A stretch of DNA of 60,771 nt from an uncultured Candidatus Saccharibacteria bacterium. Lineage in GTDB: Bacteria > Patescibacteriota > Minisyncoccia > Phycocordibacterales > UBA9973. Made by a program: the position numbers and the translations under genes. Numbering within the stretch: position 1 is the first letter of the stretch; each line of letters begins with the position of its first letter. The DNA lies in contig CAZADR010000004.1 in assembly GCA_964484005.1 (NCBI GenBank), forward strand, positions 1 to 60,771. Direction: 5' to 3'. The notes under the pieces are model-generated. The model was not told the origin of the DNA. It saw only the letters and a list, made by a program, of their open reading frames with translations, and made no database searches. Below are positions 53,114-60,771 of the stretch, piece by piece.

Positions 53114-53977
53114 TTAATTGTTCAATTTTTTTTCTATCGCTTCTTTAAGTTCACTGACCACTGTTCCTATTACGGTGATGTTTTCTTCAAATTGACTTAT
53201 TCCTCCGAGCGCGATAATTGGATCTGTATCAAAAAGTCTAATATCACTTAATCCTTCAGAATATTTTTGAAGAGCATTTATAAAATCTAAATGTAAAAGG
53301 GACAAAGATTGAGGTACCTCAGTTTGCACTATTGCTTCGGTGATTTTATTTCTCTGTTCTATTATTGGGTCAAGTTCTGCCAACACACCGACATCTACGT
53401 TGTTTTCATCTATTATAAACCTTTGTAATATCTCTACGACGTTACCTTTAATTGGATATTTTTTATCGATAATATTATCTAGAGTATCATTGTATTTTTT
53501 TATAGCCATTACACCATCATCCTGTATGATTTTTATGCCAGACAATGTATAGATTTTTTTCTGAGCAGGGTTTTGTATTTTTTCTGCCAGAGATGAGGTT
53601 ATTTTTTCTGCAGCTTCTTCATCTAATGTTCCTGTTTGGCTTAAGCTAGCGATGGTGGAAAAAAGCTCTCGGGAGAATTTATCTGTTTCGGTTAAATTTT
53701 CATCACTTACTAAAGTGGTTTCTTCATCAAGATTCAACTCCTGTGATATTTTTAATTTATTTATAGCTGTGCCGTCGGGTATTCCTGGAGTTGTTTCTTT
53801 TTTGGTTGGGTCAGTTCCCCATAGATTTTCTTCCCAATCAGGGATGCCGTCTCCATCTGTGTCCCGGTAGACCAGTTCACCTACTGTAGTATTGTCGTAA
53901 GTCAAACCTTCCTCATTGTTCCAGATAGTAGTGAGAGGATTTTTAGAAAAGAAACCAGTTTTTATTAAAAATAACAC
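53114..53977 (-). CDS. Hypothetical protein with thrombospondin type-3-like Ca-binding repeat
   Basis: DTDGDGIPDWEENLWGTDP. The ORF-track start is a GTG. The reading frame stays open upstream through a TM-like KHKRIILIVLAVLFLFVLFL segment with no ATG, GTG or TTG. Confidence 0.5.
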   Translation of the reverse strand: MLFLIKTGFFSKNPLTTIWNNEEGLTYDNTTVGELVYRDTDGDGIPDWEENLWGTDPTKKETTPGIPDGTAINKLKISQELNLDEETTLVSDENLTETDKFSRELFSTIASLSQTGTLDEEAAEKITSSLAEKIQNPAQKKIYTLSGIKIIQDDGVMAIKKYNDTLDNIIDKKYPIKGNVVEILQRFIIDENNVDVGVLAELDPIIEQRNKITEAIVQTEVPQSLSLLHLDFINALQKYSEGLSDIRLFDTDPIIALGGISQFEENITVIGTVVSELKEAIEKKLNN

Positions 53978-54067
53978 AAACAGAAAAAGAACCGCAAGAA
54001 CGATTAAAATTATCCTTTTGTGTTTTAACCAAAATAATTTAATTATGCTTTAATTATACCTTATTTA

Positions 54068-54919
54068 TTATTGTCCAGCTAGGGAAATCCAGTCTTTGAG
54101 TGTTAATTCCTCGGCTCTTTTGTTTCCTAAATTTTCAATCAAGGTAGAATTCTCATTTTTTTTGTAGTTTGACAAACTTTTTAAGTTTGAAGAGAGTTTT
54201 TTTCTTTTATGAGAGAAGCCAGTTTTAACTATTTCCCAAAAATTATCTTCGTTTATGTTGTTTTCCTTAAAAACTTTTCTAGATATGTTTTTTATCAAAA
54301 TTATTGCCGAATCTACCTTTGGTGCAGGTGAAAAGTACCTAGCACCTACTTTCATTATGGTTTTTGGCTCTCCGTAAGCCTTGACTGAGATGGAGAGGAT
54401 GCTCTCCTTCCCATCTCTGGCTACTATCCTCTGTGCTACTTCGTGCTGTACCAATAGCACCATCAGCTCTGGCTGATTTGTTTCTGTTAAAAACTTTTTC
54501 AAGATTGCCCCGGTGATGTTGTAAGGGATGTTTGCGATCAACTTATAATTCAGAGGTTTTAAGTTTTTAGAATGGTCTGGCTGGGAGAGGGACCCAGAGA
54601 TCCGAGGACCTGATAAAAACTTCAAAACCTCTGAATTTAAATCAAATTCTAAGATATCTTCTCGAAGTAAAATTAGTTTTTTTTCTGTAATTTCTTTTTC
54701 AAATTTTGTTTTCAAAAATTCAAAAAGCTCTCGATCTTTTTCTACTGCCACTACCAAGCCAGCTTTTTCTAAAAGTTTTTCTGTGAGTGCACCTTTACCA
54801 GGGCCAATTTCTAAAACCACATCATCAGATTTTATTTCTCCTGTTTCAATAATTTTTTTTAAGGCTATTTCTGATTTTAAGAAATTTTGTCCCAGAGATT
54901 TTTTGGCTTTGTGTATCAT
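54068..54919 (-). CDS. rsmA: 16S rRNA (adenine1518/1519-N6)-dimethyltransferase
   Basis: KSLGQNFL..., VLEIGPGKGALT, ...ANIPYNIT.... Carries a GC-rich insert at 54574..54610. Confidence 0.9.
   Translation of the reverse strand: MIHKAKKSLGQNFLKSEIALKKIIETGEIKSDDVVLEIGPGKGALTEKLLEKAGLVVAVEKDRELFEFLKTKFEKEITEKKLILLREDILEFDLNSEVLKFLSGPRISGSLSQPDHSKNLKPLNYKLIANIPYNITGAILKKFLTETNQPELMVLLVQHEVAQRIVARDGKESILSISVKAYGEPKTIMKVGARYFSPAPKVDSAIILIKNISRKVFKENNINEDNFWEIVKTGFSHKRKKLSSNLKSLSNYKKNENSTLIENLGNKRAEELTLKDWISLAGQ
54574..54610. repeat. ~37-nt GC-rich hairpin element inside rsmA (opposite orientation relative to the gene compared with the uvrC and polA copies)
   Basis: Plus strand: GGTCTGGCTGGGAGAGGGACCCAGAGATCCGAGGACC. 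Translated in the gene as GPRISGSLSQPD. Confidence 0.85.
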
Positions 54920-56994
54920 AAATATATTGTCTTTATATTATTACTTTCCCCTTCTTTTTCCAACAAGTCTCCAGGAATGTCCGAGATAAATTCTGAGGGG
55001 GTGTTTATGTTTCTAGAGCCGAAAATAGTACGAAAATTTGCAAATGATAAAAATAATTTTTCTTTAGCTCGAGTGACAGCCACATAAAAAAGTCTGCGTT
55101 CTTCTTCTCTGTCTTCATTGGTTTTTCTTTCGTTTTGTCTTTCGTGTGGAAAGAGTCCATCTTCGAGTCCTGTGACAAAAACATATTTGAATTCAAGGCC
55201 CTTTGAGGCATGCACAGTCATGAGTTTTACTGCGTTTATTGTCTCCTTCTTCTCTCCTCTTTCTATCAGTGAATCTTGGTCGCTCGCGAGTGATGCATCT
55301 TCTAAAAGCTTTTCTACACCAGCTCCGTTTTCCAAATTGTCGTATTTCAAGGCCAGGGTGGCGAGCTCTTTTATGTTCTCCAATCTTTCCATTTCTTCTT
55401 CTCCCCCACTCAATAATTCATTCTCTATGCCAGATTTTTTGACCACAAATTTTATTACGGCGCTTGCTTTTTCTGTCTTTATTTTTTCTTTTATTTCCTC
55501 CAATGTTTCATAGAAATTATTAATTTTTATTCTGGTTTTAGCTGGCAAGCTTTCTACTTCTCCTGAAAAAATTTTCACCAAAGTGGCTTTGCCTATCCCC
55601 CGTGCGGGGAAATTGATTATTCTTTTTATATCAGAGAGGCTGTCTCTATTTAATGCAGCACGAAGGTACGCGAGAGTATCTTTGATTTCTTTTCTTTCAA
55701 AAAATTTCACCCCTAAAACTTGGTACGGGATATTGTATCGGAGCATCGCCTCTTCGAGCGCTCTCGATTGGAAATTTGCACGATACAAGACTGCTACTTC
55801 GGACAGGATATTGGCGGAGTCGGAATTACTTTTTCGGATGGTCTGGCCGGGAAAGGGACCCGGAGATCCGAGGACCTCAGAAAAAGTATTTCCGATGGAG
55901 CCCCTATCTAGAAATTCTAAGATTTTTGTGGCGATAAATTCTCCTTCATCAGTTTCATCTATCGCTTCATAGAGCCCAATCTTTTCCCCTATTTCATTGT
56001 CGGTGAAAAGATTTTTGTCTGGCCTATATTTATTTTTCTTAATTATTTCATTGGCTGCTTCTAATATATTTTTTGTGGAACGATAATTTTGTTCCAATAG
56101 AATTATCTTTGCATTGGGGTAATCTTTTTCAAAACTCAAAATATTTTTTAAGTTTGCTCCACGCCAAGAATAAATATTTTGATCTGCATCCCCCACTACA
56201 CAGATATTTTTATTGTTTTCAGAAAGTAATTTAGACATCAAGTATTGCACTTCGTTGGTGTCTTGATACTCGTCTACATGTATATAATCCCATTTTTCTT
56301 GATAAATTTTTCTGATTTCTTCGTTTTCTTTCAATAGCTTGGTTGCTTTTAAAAGTAAATCATCAAAATCGAGCGCATTTTCTTTCATCTTACTTTTTTC
56401 ATACAAATTCCAAACTTGGGCCACAATCTTACCCAGATGGTCACTTGCACCCTCCGCATAGTCCGACAAATGCACAAATTTGCCCTTTTCACGGGAGATA
56501 ATACCCTTTATTTTTTTAGGATCATACATTTTAGGGTCTATGCCGAGGTCTTTTAGGATGTTTTTTATGAGAGTAGTGGCATCTCCTTCGTCTAAAATGG
56601 TGAAATATCTAGTCAATCCAAGCAATCTGGCGTTTTCCTTGATTATATATACTCCCAAAGAGTGAAAAGTGGATACAAAGGGGACTTTGTCTTGTCCTTT
56701 AGCGTTTTTCTCTATTTCTAGGCCAATTCGCTCCTTCATCTCCTTGGCTGCCTTGTTTGTAAAGGTGACAGCCAATATCTTTTCTGGAGATACCCCCTCT
56801 TTTATAAGATTTACTATCCTATGGGTAATAGTCTTGGTTTTACCCGCCCCTGCCCCCGCCACAATAAGAAGAGGACCCTTCATATGAAGAGCCGCCTCTT
56901 TTTGTTCTTTATTTAGACCTGCGAGGTGTTGCACTTCTTTAATATAGCACAGATTTTTATTTATTTTTTCTTTATTTAAGCTATTTTTGGGCAT
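54916..56994 (-). CDS. pcrA: ATP-dependent DNA helicase PcrA/UvrD family
   Basis: GAGAGKTKTITHR, ...VTFTNKAAKEM..., HVDEYQDTN, ...VHASKGLEF.... ATG at 56994 (the ORF opens at a TTG at 57003). ATGA overlap with rsmA. Confidence 0.9.
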   Translation of the reverse strand: MPKNSLNKEKINKNLCYIKEVQHLAGLNKEQKEAALHMKGPLLIVAGAGAGKTKTITHRIVNLIKEGVSPEKILAVTFTNKAAKEMKERIGLEIEKNAKGQDKVPFVSTFHSLGVYIIKENARLLGLTRYFTILDEGDATTLIKNILKDLGIDPKMYDPKKIKGIISREKGKFVHLSDYAEGASDHLGKIVAQVWNLYEKSKMKENALDFDDLLLKATKLLKENEEIRKIYQEKWDYIHVDEYQDTNEVQYLMSKLLSENNKNICVVGDADQNIYSWRGANLKNILSFEKDYPNAKIILLEQNYRSTKNILEAANEIIKKNKYRPDKNLFTDNEIGEKIGLYEAIDETDEGEFIATKILEFLDRGSIGNTFSEVLGSPGPFPGQTIRKSNSDSANILSEVAVLYRANFQSRALEEAMLRYNIPYQVLGVKFFERKEIKDTLAYLRAALNRDSLSDIKRIINFPARGIGKATLVKIFSGEVESLPAKTRIKINNFYETLEEIKEKIKTEKASAVIKFVVKKSGIENELLSGGEEEMERLENIKELATLALKYDNLENGAGVEKLLEDASLASDQDSLIERGEKKETINAVKLMTVHASKGLEFKYVFVTGLEDGLFPHERQNERKTNEDREEERRLFYVAVTRAKEKLFLSFANFRTIFGSRNINTPSEFISDIPGDLLEKEGESNNIKTIYL
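55840..55876. repeat. ~37-nt GC-rich hairpin element inside pcrA
   Basis: Plus strand: GGTCTGGCCGGGAAAGGGACCCGGAGATCCGAGGACC. Translated as VLGSPGPFPGQT, a different frame from the rsmA copy. Confidence 0.85.
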
Positions 56995-57046
56995 TTTTGT
57001 CAAACCTTAGGTCCAAAATAGTTTTCCACAGGAGGCCCCTTCCAAA

Positions 57047-57075
57047 TTGACTTTTGACCCTTTTTGAGCTATTAT
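57047..57075 (+). promoter_or_regulatory. Sigma70-like promoter (TTGACT-N17-TATTAT)
   Basis: TTGACT at 57047..57052 and TATTAT at 57070..57075. Confidence 0.6.
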
Positions 57076-57081
57076 GGTTTC

Positions 57082-57230
57082 GTAGTTCTGAACAGAAGTC
57101 GGGTACGAGCTGGCCGAAAGAAAGAGTCGATTGTAACCATCGCGAGAACCTTTTCCGCTATATGGCGGGTGCACACAACTTAGGTCGTTCTGCAATTCTA
57201 TCCTTATTTTAAAGGGCTAGAAAGGAAATC
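57082..57230 (+). promoter_or_regulatory. ~150-nt GC-enriched 5' leader of the LysM/M23 peptidase gene (candidate cis-regulatory RNA)
   Basis: Lies between the predicted promoter and the TTG start. Possible closing pairing GGTTTCG/CGAGAACC and hairpin CCGC-tatatg-GCGG. Class not identified. Confidence 0.3.
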
Positions 57231-58358
57231 TTGCGACATTTAGTTTGTTTTATAAAACCTAAATCAAAAATATTAAAATCCTACTTGGCGTCTTTCCTTT
57301 TATTTGGAACGCTTTTTATTCCTTCCAAAGTAGAGGCCGGTATCTTGTCTTCTCTTTTTGGAGGTGAGGCTTATGCTGATACTGAAATCAGCGTAAATAG
57401 TGTAAAGCTCCCAGAGCCTGGTAATAATTCTCAAAACATTGCCCTTCTAGAGGCCAGAGCACCCCTTGCTTTATATCTTGAAGATAAAAAAGAAAAAGAA
57501 GCATCTAAAAAGGAAGAAAATAGCATAGATGCAAGTGAAAGTATAAATATAGTTTCTGAGAATGCCCTTCTTCCACAAGTAGGCCAGCTTACCGCCACTG
57601 GAGGAGGTATGGAGCTAGATCCAGAGGTGTCCTTTGATGATATAAGTGTCTATGTTGTGAGGAGCGGAGATACTGTTTCTGCTGTGGCTGGGATGTTTGG
57701 GGTGACAGCAGACACCATCCTTTCAGCAAATGATATGAAAAAAGGAGACAAGCTTAAAGAGGGTGATGTCTTACTTATCTTGCCGTTTTCTGGGATAGAA
57801 CACACTGTTGCCAAAGGTCAGACACTCAGAGGCATTGCCAATCTTTATAAGGTGGATGTAGATGAAATACTTTTCGTAAATGACATAGGCTCTGATGCAA
57901 AATTAGTCATTGGAGAAAAGTTAATTATTCCTGGTGCTGGTATGCTTAATGAAACCAAGCCTGGCTCTACTATAAAGTCATCAGGTGGCTCATATGCCTC
58001 AATGCCAAGTATTATTGGTTACTTCAAAAACCCAGTTCCAAATGGAAAAAAAACTAGGGGTATTAAAGCTTCACACAAAGGAGTAGACATTGCAGCTAAA
58101 ACAGGTACTCCTATTTATGCATCTGCCGCAGGAAGAGTTTTGGCAGCCAAGATGGGTTGGAATGGTGCTTATGGAAACATGGTCATCTTACAACATCCAA
58201 ATGGCACAAAGACCCTATATGCTCACATGTCTAAACTTGGCACAACTACTGGTTCACAGGTTTCTCAAGGACAATTGATTGGTTATGTCGGAAATACTGG
58301 CCGTTCGACGGGGCCACATTTACACTTTGAAGTATTGGGAGCAAAAAATCCTTTCTAA
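57231..58358 (+). CDS. Secreted peptidoglycan hydrolase: two LysM domains + M23 metallopeptidase
   Basis: TTG start with AAAGGAAA upstream, and a signal peptide. Two LysM domains (YVVRSGDTVSAVAGMFGV..., HTVAKGQTLRGIANLYKV...). M23 motifs HKGVDIA...GNTGRSTGPHLHFEV. Confidence 0.85.
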   Translation: MRHLVCFIKPKSKILKSYLASFLLFGTLFIPSKVEAGILSSLFGGEAYADTEISVNSVKLPEPGNNSQNIALLEARAPLALYLEDKKEKEASKKEENSIDASESINIVSENALLPQVGQLTATGGGMELDPEVSFDDISVYVVRSGDTVSAVAGMFGVTADTILSANDMKKGDKLKEGDVLLILPFSGIEHTVAKGQTLRGIANLYKVDVDEILFVNDIGSDAKLVIGEKLIIPGAGMLNETKPGSTIKSSGGSYASMPSIIGYFKNPVPNGKKTRGIKASHKGVDIAAKTGTPIYASAAGRVLAAKMGWNGAYGNMVILQHPNGTKTLYAHMSKLGTTTGSQVSQGQLIGYVGNTGRSTGPHLHFEVLGAKNPF

Positions 58359-58380
58359 TTTAAATAAAAAATAAAAAATA

Positions 58381-58412
58381 AAAAAAACTCAGCCTTATGG
58401 CTGATTTTTTTT
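58381..58412. terminator. Bidirectional rho-independent terminator
   Basis: A7, then TCAGCC-ttat-GGCTGA, then T8. Confidence 0.75.
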
Positions 58413-59160
58413 ATTCCAATAAAGTAAGTGCTGCCATAGCCAAGACTCCCCCCATGACTGCGAGTATTTGCATTATTGAATAGCGAACTTCTTTTGTTTT
58501 ATGTAATTCAGGAATTAAATCTGCCACTGCCACATAGATAAAACCCCCAGCAGCAATTGGAAGAATTAATTCTACAAAAGCTTCCCCTTTTGACTGAAAA
58601 ATAAAAGCTGAAAAAACACCTAAAATAGCAAAAAGTGCAGAGAGAAAGTTTAGCCAAAGCGCGCGTGTTTTGGTATAACCAGAATGAAGCAATACTGCGA
58701 AATCCCCTATTTCTTGGGGTATTTCGTGTAAAATCACTGCTATCGTGGTGGCTATACCGACTGGAATACTGACAACAAAACTCACCCCGATAATGAGGCC
58801 GTCTATAAAATTGTGAACTCCATCAGAGAAAAGAATTAATTGTCCTACTGGATGAATACTAGCTTCGTCTTTATCTTCACCGTGATGGTGCCAGTGTAAG
58901 AATTTTTCTAATATAAAAAATATTATTACTCCAGTGATTATGAGTGTGCTAGTCAGTAATTGATTTACAGAGTTTTTAAAAGCTTCTGGAATAAGGTGAA
59001 TCAAGGCGTCCCCCAAGAGAGCTCCGACAGCAAGAGAAATAAAAATAAAAATATATTTTTTTAGAATTTCTTCTCGTAGAGACAAAGCAAAAACTCCAAC
59101 CAAAGAAACCAAACTCACTATTATTACACTAGCAAAAGCATATGTATATGTGATCAGCAT
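58411..59160 (-). CDS. ZIP-family divalent metal transporter (ZupT-like)
   Basis: Multi-TM protein with HEIPQEIGDFAVLLHSGY. Confidence 0.85.
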   Translation of the reverse strand: MLITYTYAFASVIIVSLVSLVGVFALSLREEILKKYIFIFISLAVGALLGDALIHLIPEAFKNSVNQLLTSTLIITGVIIFFILEKFLHWHHHGEDKDEASIHPVGQLILFSDGVHNFIDGLIIGVSFVVSIPVGIATTIAVILHEIPQEIGDFAVLLHSGYTKTRALWLNFLSALFAILGVFSAFIFQSKGEAFVELILPIAAGGFIYVAVADLIPELHKTKEVRYSIMQILAVMGGVLAMAALTLLE

Positions 59161-59194
59161 GTAGTTTATCGTATACTAAATAAAAATCATTTGC

Positions 59195-59238
59195 AAAATT
59201 AAATAGGCAGGCCGTCGGTGTTCCGACAACCTGCCTAT
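59195..59238 (-). terminator. Rho-independent terminator of the small GC-rich ORF
   Basis: ATAGGCAGG..CGTCGG / CCGACAACCTGCCTAT. The two imperfect positions are G-U pairs only in the minus-sense RNA. A T-rich run follows on the minus strand. Confidence 0.6.
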
Positions 59239-59255
59239 GTGTTTGAATTCTTTTT

Positions 59256-59405
59256 TCAGAATCCGTTTGCCAGCGCGAAAGACACGATGGCGCCGATGGT
59301 TGCGATGAAGCCAATCAGCATCACCCAGATGCCGATGAAGGGCTTCTTTTCGACAATGGGCTCTGTCCCTGCAGACAGACCCAAAGTCATGGGTTTTGAT
59401 GTCAT
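59256..59405 (-). CDS. Small GC-rich membrane protein (49 aa)
   Basis: Below the ORF-track cutoff. GGAAAGGAGA lies 7 nt before the ATG. MTSKPMTLGLSAGTEPIVEKKPFIGIWVMLIGFIATIGAIVSFALANGF has one TM helix. A terminator follows. Confidence 0.45.
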   Translation of the reverse strand: MTSKPMTLGLSAGTEPIVEKKPFIGIWVMLIGFIATIGAIVSFALANGF

Positions 59406-59516
59406 GAGCTAGTCTCCTTTCCATTTTTTATATTACACAGAAAAAAGATTTTGTCAACAAGAGTAGAATATTTAATTTTTTTGTGTTAAGATAATTCAGT
59501 TAAAGATTTGACATAA

Positions 59517-59587
59517 CGGGCCGTAGTATACCGGTAGTACAAGTGCTTTGGGAGCATTTAGACTGGGTTCAATTCCCAGCGGCCCGA
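59517..59587 (+). tRNA. tRNA-Pro (anticodon UGG)
   Basis: Acceptor CGGGCCG/CGGCCCG, anticodon arm AGTGC-TTTGGGA-GCATT, T-arm CTGGG-TTCAATT-CCCAG. Confidence 0.8.
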
Positions 59588-59591
59588 CATT

Positions 59592-59662
59592 GCGGGATTA
59601 GTTTAATGGTAAAATAACAGTTTTCCAAACTGTGGTTGGGAGTTCGATTCTCCCATCCCGCA
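59592..59662 (+). tRNA. tRNA-Gly (anticodon UCC)
   Basis: Acceptor GCGGGAT/ATCCCGC, anticodon arm ACAGT-TTTCCAA-ACTGT, T-arm GGGAG-TTCGATT-CTCCC. Confidence 0.8.
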
Positions 59663-59679
59663 CAGAAAAAAGAGTCTAT

Positions 59680-60090
59680 TTATAGGATTATATTGCTGAC
59701 CACTTTTATGCGGGCTTTTTTATTTTTTATATCAAGGAAAACAACCAATAAATCTACCTGCCATTCTCTATCGTCATCCACCTTATTAGACAAAAGATAG
59801 GTTTGGATTGTCCGAGAGATTCTTTTTAGCTTCCACGGATGCATGTTATCTTCTGGGTGGTATTGATCTAAGGTTTCATGTGTAACAATATCTAGGTTTG
59901 GTTTCGAAACAGATTTTACCTCTATAAAGTATATTTTATTAGCTTTTTCAGCAATTATATCTATTTCTCCCCATTTTTTAGTGTAATTCCTTTCTATTAT
60001 TGAAAAACCATGTTTCATGAGAAACTTTGCAGCTATATTTTCTCCAATTTCTCCAGTTTTTTGAGTCGCAGATGTAAATACTTTAGGCAT
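59680..60090 (-). CDS. yraN: YraN-family (UPF0102) endonuclease-like protein
   Basis: GEIGENIAAKFLMKHGFSIIERNYTKKWGEIDIIAEKANKIYFIEVKS. Confidence 0.8.
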   Translation of the reverse strand: MPKVFTSATQKTGEIGENIAAKFLMKHGFSIIERNYTKKWGEIDIIAEKANKIYFIEVKSVSKPNLDIVTHETLDQYHPEDNMHPWKLKRISRTIQTYLLSNKVDDDREWQVDLLVVFLDIKNKKARIKVVSNIIL

Positions 60091-60420
60091 CCCAGTAGTA
60101 AAATTTTAAGTTTCTATTAATAGTGGTTATATATTTTGTCCAAAAATTTACTACGGGACAGGTAATAAGCTTATTTTTTAACAAAAATGTGAGTTTCACA
60201 TGGAACACTTCTTCTTTATGTTTCACGTGAAACAATTAGCCTAATTTTAGTGTCTTTTAACAAAAAACCCTTATTCTACAAGCTGTTTTGAACAAAACAG
60301 AGCTTATTTTGACCTTTGGAAATATGTCCTTTATAAACATTACCAACATAGTTATCCACAAATTACACAAAATTACGCTTTATTTACTGGGAGTTGGCTT
60401 TTAGAGTAAAGGACACTTGG

Positions 60421-60494
60421 TGGTGCGGCTAGGGAGAATCGAACTCCCGTCTCATCCTTGGCAAGGACGTGTTCTACCACTAAACCATAACCGC
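60421..60494 (-). tRNA. tRNA-Gly (anticodon GCC), CCA encoded
   Basis: Reverse complement: GCGGTTATGGTTTAGTGGTAGAACACGTCCTTGCCAAGGATGAGACGGGAGTTCGATTCTCCCTAGCCGCACCA. Confidence 0.85.
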
Positions 60495-60706
60495 ATTATT
60501 ATCTATGTATAAAAACAACCAAATATAACCGCAAGACTACCTATGTACAAAAGACCGCCAAACATAAACACAATTTTTAAAAATACTTTTTTATTATAGT
60601 ATTTTATGTGAATTTTTGCAATTATAAAAATACCTTGTAAAATAAGGACTATTTGCCTATTTTTTAAAAATAGTGTAAAATATAAACATATTATTAATAA
60701 ATAATT

Positions 60707-60771
60707 GGCACCCGTAGTGAAATGGATATCACAACAGTCTTCGGAACTGTCGTTGGGGGTTCGAATCCCTC
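60707..60771 (+). tRNA. tRNA-Arg (anticodon UCG), 3' end cut by the window edge
   Basis: GGCACCC acceptor start, anticodon arm ACAGT-CTTCGGA-ACTGT, T-loop GGTTCGAATCC. Confidence 0.75.

Noticed and set aside
57082-57230. Calling the M23 peptidase leader a ydaO/cyclic-di-AMP riboswitch
   Set aside because: The gene context fits, but I could not find the conserved ydaO core blocks (for example GGGGACCCA or CAGCTAACCTCGTAAGCG-like) by eye on either strand. It is kept only as an unclassified candidate leader.
59176-59424. 82-aa (minus) and 64-aa (plus) ORFs in the track over the small GC-rich islet
   Set aside because: Both have implausible Arg/His-rich sequences and no RBS. A third frame gives a 49-aa TM protein with a strong SD and a matching terminator, which I preferred, though still only tentatively.
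1-60771. CRISPR arrays, rRNA operons, prophage structural modules, IS transposases
   Set aside because: I saw no regularly spaced short direct repeats, no rRNA-like conserved blocks, and no capsid, terminase or transposase-like ORFs. The only recombinase is the truncated serine recombinase at the left edge.

Overview
AT-rich (about one-third GC by eye), gene-dense bacterial chromosome segment. The small housekeeping genes and overall gene content suggest a reduced-genome, CPR/Patescibacteria-like organism; that assignment is inference only. The backbone contains the replication-origin neighbourhood (dnaN-dnaA / rpmH-rnpA-yidD-yidC-jag). It also holds many DNA repair and recombination genes: uvrA, uvrB, uvrC, ruvA, ruvB, ruvC, mutM, polA and pcrA. 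Other backbone genes are tyrS, a class A PBP, rpsT, csp, a PilB-like ATPase and six tRNAs. Several accessory features sit on this backbone. (1) A complete diversity-generating retroelement (RT, Avd, TR, VR-bearing target). All 21 TR/VR differences are at adenines, avd is inverted relative to RT and TR, a C10 tract lies in avd, and 41-bp direct repeats flank the cassette. (2) A 2.5-kb cassette (XRE regulator, Zn-ribbon proteins, HEPN-like protein) bracketed by perfect 178-bp GC-rich inverted repeats, next to a truncated serine recombinase gene. (3) A family of ~37-nt GC-rich hairpin elements inserted in-frame in housekeeping genes, in both orientations and three reading frames, plus other palindromic in-frame inserts. 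(4) Two families of repeated intergenic hairpin elements, one with compensatory base-pair changes. (5) A ~12-kb type IV secretion-like cluster (pilin, split VirB4, PrgI/VirB3-like, VirB6-like) with no coupling protein or relaxase in the window. (6) Several small GC-rich gene islets driven by native-looking promoters. No rRNA genes or CRISPR arrays were seen.
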